Assembly (NCBI GenBank): GCA_046086325.1
Contig: JBJSXJ010000233.1
Coordinates: 2,177-66,176 of the forward strand
Length of the DNA: 64,000 nucleotides
Direction: 5' to 3'
DNA from: Planctomycetota bacterium
Lineage (GTDB): Bacteria > Planctomycetota > Planctomycetia > Pirellulales > Pirellulaceae
Below the pieces are notes generated by a model. That model saw nothing but the letters and a program-made list of their open reading frames with translations. It did no database searches and was not told the origin of the DNA. Of the stretch, positions 56,501-64,000 are shown piece after piece (the first letter of the stretch is position 1; each line of letters starts with the position of its first letter). The position numbers and the translations under genes were made by a program.

Positions 56501-58572
56501 GACGTGCCGTATTCCGCCGGACCTCCCAAGGACTGGCGTTATTTCCGTTTCTCGCTGTGCTCATCTGCACCATGGGTTCACTCATCGTGCTCTTGGTGCT
56601 GGTGCTGCAGCAAGCACGCGTGCAGGGCGGTTCCGCTGTGGCGGAAGCGGTCGAAGAGGCGCAGCGCACCGCTCGTGAACAGCGAGTGGCGTTACGGCAG
56701 CAGCAACGCGAGCAACTGGTAGCTGAGCAGCTAGAGCAGCGCAAGCGGCGGGAACTGCACGAAGAGCTGGAGTGGCAGCGCGAACAGTTTGCAGAACAAC
56801 ATGCCTCGCAAGCCGAACAGCTGCGGCGTCAACGGTTGGAATTGAGTCACCTGGAGGATCACATTCGTCGACTGGAAGATCAGCATCGACGCTTGATGAT
56901 CGAGCATGACAAGTTGACCAGCAGCGAGCCCGAGGAAGCCGCGGATCAAGCACAAAAAAAAGAGGCCGATGCGCAAGCGGCCGAATTAGCCGAGCTCCAG
57001 CAGAAGATCGCGGAAGCCAAGAAGTTACTGGAAGAGACGCGGGCTCGTAACGCGAAGCGACCGCCTTCGTTCGCCATCGTTCCCTACACCGGCCAGAACG
57101 GCACTCGTCGCCGACCGATCTACATTGAGTGTGGTGAAGAAGGAATCGTGCTGCATCCCGAGGGCGTGGTGTTTATGCGGCGCGATTTCGAAGGTCCGCT
57201 GGGGCCAGGAAATCCGCTCGATGCGGCCTTGCGCACGGTCCGCGAGTATTGGGCGAAAGTAAACGATCCCCAGCAAACGGGCGAGCCGTATCCGCTCTTG
57301 ATCGTGCGGCCGAGTGGGGCGATTGCGTATGCGATGGCGCGGGCGGCGATGAAGTCGTGGGAAGAAGAGTTTGGATATGAGTTGGTAGACGCGGAGACTC
57401 GCCTGGAGTTTCCCCCGGCGGATCCAGAACTCGAACAGTTATTAAATCGGACGATCCGGGATGCGCGGCAGCGTCAGTCGGCGCTGGCGGCCGCGATGCC
57501 GAGTCGGTTCCAGGGCGAGCAGCCGATGGCGGACGGCCCAGGATTCAGCAGCGGCCCAGGCAGTGCGAATGCTGGCGGTGCGAATGCTGGCAGTGCAAGT
57601 GCCAGCGGTGGTAGCGGAGCGGGGCTGGCAGGTGGTGGTAATGGTGGCAGCCGCGGCAGCCAGCAACTGGTGCGTGGCACCAGTTCGCTTGGGGGAAGCG
57701 GTTCAATAGCAGGCAACGCTGGCGGCTCAGGGCAAACAGGCAGTGCTAGCGGATCTGGGTTAGCGGGTGGTGCTGGCAGCTCAGGGCAAACAGGCAGTGC
57801 TGGCGGATCGGGCCTATCAGGTGGCGCAGTCGGAGCCAACGGCGGCGGTGGTGCCGCAGGTCGCGGGACCTCCGCAGGTGCTCCCGGTGGAAGTGGAAAC
57901 GGAACTGGTGCCGGTGGCGGCGCACCCGGATTTGCCGCTACCTTACCCGGCGTCTCTCCCCCGCCAGGCTCCTCTGACTCCGCTGACGCTCGCCCTCCGG
58001 CCGGTGGCTCCTTCTACGGCGGTGCCGCCTCCCAATACAACTCCGCCTCTTCCACCAGTGGCAACACCAATACCAGTGCCAGCGGTTCTTCAACTGGCAG
58101 TGCCGGTGCCTCTGGTTCCCCGAATTCATCCGCCAATGGCTCCTCGCCCGGCAGTTTTTCCGTGTCACCCGGTGCCGCGGTCGCCGCCCAGCGTGGTGCC
58201 AATTGGGCACTACCCAAACAAGCGAGCTACTCCACCGGAATCACTCGACCCATTCGCATCCGCTGCTTACCGGATCGACTAGTCATCATGCCCGAACGCG
58301 GCGATGACTTCCGTCCGCGGACCGTGATGTGGAACCCGAGTAATCCCCAGAGCTCAACCGAAGAATTCGTCGCGGCGATCTGGAAGCATACCGAACGCTG
58401 GGGGATCGCCGTCGCTGGTGGTTATTGGAAGCCCGTGCTGAGCGTCGAGGTATTGCCCGGCGCGGCTGCCCGTTATCAGGAACTCACTCGCATGCTCAGC
58501 GAGAGCGGTTTGGAATTTCAAGAAAAACAACCGAGTAACGCTCGTGGCCCGTCGCGCAACACAACACGCTGA
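56497..58572 (+). CDS. membrane-anchored coiled-coil protein with ExbD/TolR-like features and a Gly/Ser-rich region of about 215 aa
   Basis: ATGA overlap with the MotA-like ORF. N-terminal TM LALFPFLAVLICTMGSLIVLLVLV. E/R/Q-rich heptad-like region (about aa 40-190). Two segments match the ExbD-periplasmic-type pattern (LLIVRPSGAIAYAMARAAMKSWEEEFGYELV and VLSVEVLPGAAARYQELTRMLSESGLEF). Confidence 0.55.
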   Translation: MRRAVFRRTSQGLALFPFLAVLICTMGSLIVLLVLVLQQARVQGGSAVAEAVEEAQRTAREQRVALRQQQREQLVAEQLEQRKRRELHEELEWQREQFAEQHASQAEQLRRQRLELSHLEDHIRRLEDQHRRLMIEHDKLTSSEPEEAADQAQKKEADAQAAELAELQQKIAEAKKLLEETRARNAKRPPSFAIVPYTGQNGTRRRPIYIECGEEGIVLHPEGVVFMRRDFEGPLGPGNPLDAALRTVREYWAKVNDPQQTGEPYPLLIVRPSGAIAYAMARAAMKSWEEEFGYELVDAETRLEFPPADPELEQLLNRTIRDARQRQSALAAAMPSRFQGEQPMADGPGFSSGPGSANAGGANAGSASASGGSGAGLAGGGNGGSRGSQQLVRGTSSLGGSGSIAGNAGGSGQTGSASGSGLAGGAGSSGQTGSAGGSGLSGGAVGANGGGGAAGRGTSAGAPGGSGNGTGAGGGAPGFAATLPGVSPPPGSSDSADARPPAGGSFYGGAASQYNSASSTSGNTNTSASGSSTGSAGASGSPNSSANGSSPGSFSVSPGAAVAAQRGANWALPKQASYSTGITRPIRIRCLPDRLVIMPERGDDFRPRTVMWNPSNPQSSTEEFVAAIWKHTERWGIAVAGGYWKPVLSVEVLPGAAARYQELTRMLSESGLEFQEKQPSNARGPSRNTTR

Positions 58573-59680
58573 AGCACCCGGACAGGATTCCTTCCTGGAC
58601 GTCGTCGCCAACCTGGTCGGGATCATCATCATCCTGATCATCGTCGTGGGCGTCGCCGCCAAAAAAGCGGTCGTCATGCATGGAGCCGCCGCGGCACTCG
58701 CCGCCTCCCACTCCGAACTCGACTCCACCAACGATCCTGCCGACGACACGGATGCCGTCGCCACCGACAACTCGGACAGCAGTGCCTCCAGCCCATCAGA
58801 CTCCGCTGCCACCACTCCTGAGCCGCTCATCACCGACGCGGATATCCGCGAAGCCAAACGGTCCATGAATGCTGTCGAGGCGTCGATCTTTGAAACCGCC
58901 GGCAAGCTGCAGCGCGACCAGCTCGAAGTGAACTACCGGCGACTCGAACGTGATCGCGTGCAAGCACTCGTCACACTCGCCGAACGCGCCGTCGAAGAGC
59001 AACGCGACAAGCTGGCCGAAGAACGTCGCTCGGAATTCGATGAATCTCGAGCACTCGAAGAAGCGCGACGCGAACTGGCTGACCTGCAGCGCGCCCAATT
59101 AGCACTCGAACGAGCTCGCCCGACCAAAGGGATCTTGGAGCATCTGCCCACACCGATGGCCAAAACAGTCTTTGGCAAAGAAGTGCATCTGCGACTGGCC
59201 GGCGGCAGGCTCGCCTTCATCCCGTGGGACGACTTGGTCGAACGGCTGAAAGCCGATGTGCCGCGCAAGGTTCATCGCTTGCAGGAAACACCCTCCTTCA
59301 CCGAGACACTCGGCCCCGTCGATGGTTTCTCCATTCGTTACACCATGAAACGGACGGAACAGCGAGTCGGTCCCGGATCGACGGGACCCGTACAGCAGCG
59401 TGCTGAGCTGGATCGTTTCCTGATGCTGCCGATGGCGGATGATGTGGGCGAGTCGGTGGAGCAGGCGCTGCGGGCGAATTCCGATTTTCTGGCGCGCTTC
59501 GAGCGACTGGATCCGGCGCGCACAACGGTCACCGTGTGGGTCTACCCAGACAGTTTCGGTTACTTCCGCACCTTCAAAAAACTGCTCTTTGAAAAGGGCT
59601 TTCTCACGGCCGCTCGACCCTTGCCAGACGGTCACCCCGTGGGTGGTTCACCGGACGGTTCCCGTTCTACCGCCGAATAG
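58544..59680 (+). CDS. membrane-anchored coiled-coil protein with ExbD/TolR-like TM (Asp-containing) and C-terminal domain
   Basis: GTG start overlaps the upstream ORF by 29 nt. DSFLDVVANLVGIIIILIIVVG resembles the ExbD/TolR TM helix with its conserved Asp. There is a coiled-coil stretch (about aa 105-190). The C-terminal VTVWVYPDSFGYFRTFKKLLFEKGF is ExbD-like. Confidence 0.55.
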   Translation: MARRATQHAEAPGQDSFLDVVANLVGIIIILIIVVGVAAKKAVVMHGAAAALAASHSELDSTNDPADDTDAVATDNSDSSASSPSDSAATTPEPLITDADIREAKRSMNAVEASIFETAGKLQRDQLEVNYRRLERDRVQALVTLAERAVEEQRDKLAEERRSEFDESRALEEARRELADLQRAQLALERARPTKGILEHLPTPMAKTVFGKEVHLRLAGGRLAFIPWDDLVERLKADVPRKVHRLQETPSFTETLGPVDGFSIRYTMKRTEQRVGPGSTGPVQQRAELDRFLMLPMADDVGESVEQALRANSDFLARFERLDPARTTVTVWVYPDSFGYFRTFKKLLFEKGFLTAARPLPDGHPVGGSPDGSRSTAE

Positions 59681-59731
59681 CACTCCGCGACCCCAGCCCT
59701 CCCGCCCGTATCCAACCAGGAGATTCCTCGC

Positions 59732-61372
59732 ATGAAAATTGTCATTGTAGGTGCTGTCGCGGGAGGTGCCTCCGCTGCCACTCGCGCGCGACGACTAGCC
59801 GAATCGGCAGACATTGTGCTCTTTGAACGCGGCACCGTCCCGTCGTTCGCCAATTGCGGCATGCCTTATTACGTGGGCGGTGAAATCACAGACCGAGCGA
59901 AACTGCTCGTCACCCCTCCCGAACGTTTGCGTCGTCGCTATCACCTGGACTTGCGCTTACAGACCGAAGTCGTGGCTATCGATCGAGCACGACAGGTTGT
60001 GGTCGCGCGCGATCTGACGACGGGTCGGGAGTATGAGGAGTCGTATGACAAACTGATTTTGTCGCCCGGTGCCGCGCCGCTGCGCCCGCCACTGCCCGGT
60101 AGCGATCATCCGCAGATTTACACCTTGCGAGAACTCCGCGATTGCGATCGCATCAAAGCTGCGATTGATCGCGGTGCCACCGATGTACTGATTATCGGTG
60201 CCGGCTTTATTGGCTTGGAAATGGCTGAGAACTGCGTGCGCCGCAATCTGAAAACGACGATCGTCGAACGCAATCAGCAGATTCTGCCACCTTGGGACAC
60301 CGAGATGACGACCACCGCAGCCGCTCATCTGCGTCAGCACCAAATCGACCTGCGTTTGGGCGATCAAGTCGTCAGCTATGCCGATGAAGCGGGACGAGTG
60401 CGTGTCAGCTATCAGTCGGGCGCGACGCAGGTGGTCGATTTTGTGATCTTGAGTGTCGGCGTTAAGCCCGAGAATTCACTGGCAGTCGCAGCGGGTCTGG
60501 AAATTGGCACTCGCGGCGGCATTCGCGTCAATGAATATCTGCAGACCAGCGATCCTCATATCTATGCGGTGGGAGATGCCATTGAAGTGCGCGACTTCGT
60601 GCTCGGCGAATCCACGCAAATTCCGCTCGCCGGACCCGCGAATCGCCAAGGGCGACTAGCGGCCGATCACCTTTCTAATCACAACCCACCTCCGTATCGT
60701 GGCACTCAGGGGACCGCGATCTTGCGTCTCTTTGAGATGACTGTGGCGATGACGGGTGCGAGTGAGAAATCGCTGCGCCGAGCGGGACGGGAGTACCGCA
60801 AGATTTACATTCATCCCGCGCAGCATGCCGGTTACTATCCGGGTGCCGAGTCGATGACTATCAAGCTGCTCTTCGCACCCACCGACGGACAAATCCTCGG
60901 TGCACAAATTGCTGGTGGTGAGGGAGTGGATAAACGGATCGACGTGCTGGCGGTTGCCATCCAAGCGCGACTCACCGTGTTTGATCTGGAACATTTAGAA
61001 CTGGCTTATTCGCCGCAGTTTGGATCGGCGAAGGATCCGATCAACATGGCGGGCTTCGTGGCAGCTGGACTACTGCGCGGTGATCATCCGCAGATTGCCG
61101 TGGACGAGCTACCGACGCTCGCGGCAGGAACGTCGCTCGTGGACGTGCGCATGCCGAGTGAATTCCAGGCCGGCTCGATACCCGGAGCTATCAACATTCC
61201 CGTAGACGATCTCCGCGACCGGCTCCACGAACTACCCGTCGACCGCCCGCTCGTCGTCTATTGCCAAGTTGGCATGCGAGGTTATTTGTCAACGCGTATA
61301 CTGATGCAGCACGGCTACCAAGTCCGCAACCTAAGCGGCGGCTATCGCTCCTACCAGTTGGCCACGGGATAA
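59732..61372 (+). CDS. CoA-disulfide reductase / NADH-oxidase family flavoprotein fused to a rhodanese domain
   Basis: MKIVIVGAVAGGASAA (FAD), SFANCGMPYY (redox Cys), a second dinucleotide site IIGAGFIGLEMAE, and the C-terminal rhodanese loop VVYCQVGMRG. Confidence 0.8.
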   Translation: MKIVIVGAVAGGASAATRARRLAESADIVLFERGTVPSFANCGMPYYVGGEITDRAKLLVTPPERLRRRYHLDLRLQTEVVAIDRARQVVVARDLTTGREYEESYDKLILSPGAAPLRPPLPGSDHPQIYTLRELRDCDRIKAAIDRGATDVLIIGAGFIGLEMAENCVRRNLKTTIVERNQQILPPWDTEMTTTAAAHLRQHQIDLRLGDQVVSYADEAGRVRVSYQSGATQVVDFVILSVGVKPENSLAVAAGLEIGTRGGIRVNEYLQTSDPHIYAVGDAIEVRDFVLGESTQIPLAGPANRQGRLAADHLSNHNPPPYRGTQGTAILRLFEMTVAMTGASEKSLRRAGREYRKIYIHPAQHAGYYPGAESMTIKLLFAPTDGQILGAQIAGGEGVDKRIDVLAVAIQARLTVFDLEHLELAYSPQFGSAKDPINMAGFVAAGLLRGDHPQIAVDELPTLAAGTSLVDVRMPSEFQAGSIPGAINIPVDDLRDRLHELPVDRPLVVYCQVGMRGYLSTRILMQHGYQVRNLSGGYRSYQLATG

Positions 61373-61386
61373 TGGGGAGGCTTCCC

Positions 61387-62790
61387 ATGCGTATTGACCA
61401 TTTAGAACTCCGGAATTTTAGAAAGTTCATCGAGGCTGAAGTCGAATTTCCCAGGTCGTTTTTAGGACCACCAGATGCCGGATCCTTTCACGTACTGATC
61501 GGTGAAAACGGAATAGGAAAAACCACGATCCTCGACGCGCTCGCCGTAACGCTAGGCGTCTGGTTAGAGTCGGTGCCCGATTCATTGCTTGCCAATAGCC
61601 ACCGCCGACTCAGCAAAGACGATAAGCGGCTGATTACCACCGCGAGTGGTGACCGAAAGCAGTATCAGCGCGTGCCCGAGTCGATGTCGGTGCGAGTCAC
61701 AGGAAATATCCTCGACCTGGAAAACGTAACCTGGGGGCAAGAACTCGCGGTGGGCAGGACGAAGGTGAGCAACGACTGCTCAAAAACGGTATTAGCATCG
61801 ATTCGTTCAGCTTATGATCGAGCCAGCCACTGCGAACCAGTGTTACTTCCGGTCATCTGTTACTACGGAGCAGGCCGAGCGTGGCTTTCGCATAACGAAC
61901 GCAAAAAGGCGAAGGTGAAGTCAAATGGCCCGGCAAACCGATGGGAGGCATTCTACGATTGTTTAAACGAACGCATAAGGGTTTCTGATCTTGCGCGATG
62001 GTTTCAACGCGAACATATCGAAATGGGTCATCGAGGAAAACCGCGTCCCGGTTTTGATGTTGTACGAAGAGCTGTGTTAGGGTGCGTCCCCGGCGCGGAT
62101 GGAATTCGATATGACGGTGATGCAGGTGAGATCGCGTTGTCGATTGACGGCAACGACCAGCCTTTTAGTAATCTGAGCGCCGGACAGCGAGTTATGTTAG
62201 CAATGGTTGCCGACCTGGCCATCAAGATGGTTACGCAAAACAACTTTCTTGTACCAGCCGATGCGCTCAGGCCCGAAGATGCACCATTACCCCGCGTTTT
62301 AGCTGAAACACCAGGCGTTGTGCTGATCGACGAACTAGATGTTCACTTGCATCCCAAGTGGCAGCGTGGGATGGTCGAAGCCTTACGGGAAACCTTTCCG
62401 AAGACTCAGTTCATCGCGACAACTCATTCGCCATTTATCGTGCAGTCCTTACGCGAAGACGAGCTGATTAACCTCCAGGGACAGACTATTCCGCAACTTG
62501 GTAATCTCGGTGTAGAACAAATCGTACGTGGACTGATGGGAGTGGATCGTCCAGAAGTGGCGTTGCGGTACGACGAAATGGTGACGGCTGCCAAAGATTA
62601 CCTGACCACCCTCGACGAGGCAGCGAACGCTCCCGCAGAGATGCGCAGTCATTATGAAGCAAAGCTTGCCGATCGTGTCGCAAGGTATGCTGATAATCCC
62701 GCTTATCAAGCATTTTTAGAGCTCAAACATGCCGCTAGGTTGGGTACCAATGCGTCGAGTTCGGCCACCGCTCAGCAAAGAGGGGCTTGA
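61387..62790 (+). CDS. AAA/ABC-type ATPase (AAA_15/AAA_21-like), PtuA-like
   Basis: MRIDHLELRNFRKF, Walker A GENGIGKTT, Walker B VVLIDELDVHLHP, and ATTHSPFIV. GGGGAGG lies 7 nt upstream of the ATG. Confidence 0.6.
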   Translation: MRIDHLELRNFRKFIEAEVEFPRSFLGPPDAGSFHVLIGENGIGKTTILDALAVTLGVWLESVPDSLLANSHRRLSKDDKRLITTASGDRKQYQRVPESMSVRVTGNILDLENVTWGQELAVGRTKVSNDCSKTVLASIRSAYDRASHCEPVLLPVICYYGAGRAWLSHNERKKAKVKSNGPANRWEAFYDCLNERIRVSDLARWFQREHIEMGHRGKPRPGFDVVRRAVLGCVPGADGIRYDGDAGEIALSIDGNDQPFSNLSAGQRVMLAMVADLAIKMVTQNNFLVPADALRPEDAPLPRVLAETPGVVLIDELDVHLHPKWQRGMVEALRETFPKTQFIATTHSPFIVQSLREDELINLQGQTIPQLGNLGVEQIVRGLMGVDRPEVALRYDEMVTAAKDYLTTLDEAANAPAEMRSHYEAKLADRVARYADNPAYQAFLELKHAARLGTNASSSATAQQRGA

Positions 62791-63511
62791 GGTGCGACCG
62801 ATCGATCGTGGCGACAGCCCTCAGGCAATTGAATACGAAAACTACCGAGACGCATTTCCCATGCTGGTCAAGCGAATTGGTCCCTTTTGTTCGTATTGTG
62901 AACGTCGTTTTCCGTCAGCGCTCGCAGTGGAGCACATACAGCCCAAGAAGGCTCATGTAGCGCTGAAAGGTCACTGGTATAACTTTTTGTTGGGTTGCAC
63001 GAACTGCAATTCAACCAAAAAAGATAAGTCAGTAATTCTGGACTAACTGCTTCTTCCCGATCGCGATAATACGGCGGCCGCATATCGGTACTCAGACGAT
63101 GGTCGAATAACGGTCAATCCCAAATTAACTGCAGCCCAAAAGGTAATGGCAGAAGAAACCCTCGCATTGATAGGCCTCGATAAGCAAGAGGCGAACGACA
63201 CTAACTCGAATAGCCAGTTGGTCGCGATCGACCGACGAACTCAAAGAAAAGAGGTTTGGTGTATCGCGCAGGTTAGTAAAGCTGACTTGAACCTTAATCC
63301 TACTGATGGATTTCGCCGGCAGATTGCGCGTACAGCGTATGGGTGTGGCTTCTTCAGTATCTGGATGACGGTATTTGAAGACGATGTAATGGTCAGAACA
63401 TTATTAATCGAGGCTTTCACGGGTACAGCACAAGATTGTTTTGACCCAAATACGACAAAGGTAATCAGTCCTCGTCCAAAAAACGGATTACCTAGTGGTG
63501 GCAAAACATAG
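62750..63511 (+). pseudogene. HNH endonuclease (TIGR02646-like, PtuB-like) interrupted by one in-frame TAA at 63044-63046
   Basis: HNH core CSYCERRF...LAVEHIQPK...WYNFLLGCTNCNSTK. ORFs 62729..63046 and 63146..63511 are in the same frame, and the 99 nt between them (LLLPDRDNTAAAYRYSDDGRITVNPKLTAAQKV) contain no stop. Confidence 0.6.
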
Positions 63512-63554
63512 CCCCGCGGAAAATCGAATTGCCAGGAGCCAATCCGGCGACGGC

Positions 63555-64000
63555 TCATGCGGCGCGGAGGGCGGGGGACTGGGTGAGTGCGGTGGCGAGC
63601 TGACCGATCACGTCGTGGACTCGACGCTTGGCTTTTACGACTCGGTCCTGCAGCAGGTTGTGATCTACCAAGCTTAACGCTCCCAGCGACTCGGCTAGCT
63701 TCGACCAGGAGACCAGTAAGCTCGATTCGGGCAGACCAACTTGCTCCAGGAAACCAGCAACTTTCGTCATGCGGGACGAACAGCAAAGATGCGGGATCCC
63801 CAGCGCGAATGCGGTGATGTTGGCATGCAGGCTGGTCGCCGCCACGTAATCGCTTCCCGCTAGCACCGCCAGCATGCCACGCACCGATGACTCTTCCAGA
63901 TAATGAAAACGGCCGTAGCCATAGTGAGCGATATGACGCAGGAATTGCTGGTCGTCGTGACAATGGCCCACCGGCAATAACACCACCTCACCGCCCGACT
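63555..64000 (-). CDS. polysaccharide pyruvyl-transferase-like protein, N-terminus beyond window
   Basis: The frame stays open to base 64000. The SLHANITAFALGIPHL segment resembles the (R)lHa.I.a...g.P motif of pyruvyl transferases. This is a weak call. Confidence 0.35.
   Translation of the reverse strand, partial: SGGEVVLLPVGHCHDDQQFLRHIAHYGYGRFHYLEESSVRGMLAVLAGSDYVAATSLHANITAFALGIPHLCCSSRMTKVAGFLEQVGLPESSLLVSWSKLAESLGALSLVDHNLLQDRVVKAKRRVHDVIGQLATALTQSPALRAA

Noticed and set aside
1-64000. Stop-codon reassignment as the explanation for the three in-frame stops.
   Set aside because: TAA, TAG and TGA each end multiple motif-complete genes at the expected positions, for example thiS and aqpZ (TAA), rhaB (TAG), and thiG (TGA).
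1-64000. A prophage, IS element or integron.
   Set aside because: I recognised no integrase, transposase, terminal inverted repeats with target duplications, phage structural genes or tRNA attachment sites.

Overview
This is a gene-dense 64-kb chromosomal segment of moderately high GC, and it is most consistent with a Planctomycetota genome. That assignment is an inference from gene content: a DUF1559 protein with a prepilin-type N-terminus ([17 protein letters not shown]), a DUF1080 protein, several FG-GAP/VCBS proteins, four Gfo/Idh/MocA oxidoreductases, heme-CxxCH fusion proteins, and a giant secreted protein with an LEERTLM N-terminal motif.

Most of the window is housekeeping:
- rhaB and thiS-thiG.
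- A minus-strand yicC-gmk-rpoZ-coaC-coaB operon.
- secG-tpiA and a DAHP synthase.
- An RRM RNA-binding protein, a DEAD-box helicase and aqpZ.
- rsmD, a TrmH-family methyltransferase, ogt, tadA, queC-queD and a CoA-disulfide reductase-rhodanese fusion.

I recognised no rRNA, tRNA, CRISPR array, transposase or integrase.

The regions worth a second look are:
1. 55.2-59.7 kb. A translationally coupled module with a MotA/TolQ/ExbB-type proton-channel protein that is interrupted by one in-frame TAG and carries a long helical tail. It is followed by two large proteins with ExbD/TolR-like N-terminal transmembrane segments, long coiled coils and ExbD-like C-terminal patterns. This may be an uncharacterised ion-driven 5:2-motor-type system.
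2. 61.4-63.5 kb. An AAA-ATPase plus HNH pair resembling the Septu (PtuA/PtuB) defence system, sitting in a patch that looks AT-richer. The HNH gene is broken by one in-frame TAA.
3. 29.9-37.7 kb. A 2584-aa subtilase, NIDO-like, Ig-like and RTX-repeat giant protein whose repeat region has an exact 906-bp higher-order period.
4. 37.66-37.95 kb. A 295-bp convergent intergenic region completely filled by a dyad-symmetric array of CGCACGGAG motifs.
5. Smaller oddities: a membrane-anchored RNase Sa/barnase-family enzyme with no visible immunity gene, a heme-lipoprotein plus sugar-dehydrogenase/tri-heme cytochrome operon, a Pro/Ala/Tyr-repeat secreted protein, and coaC/coaB split by an in-frame TAA.

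All functional calls rest on motif recognition by eye. No database search was run.
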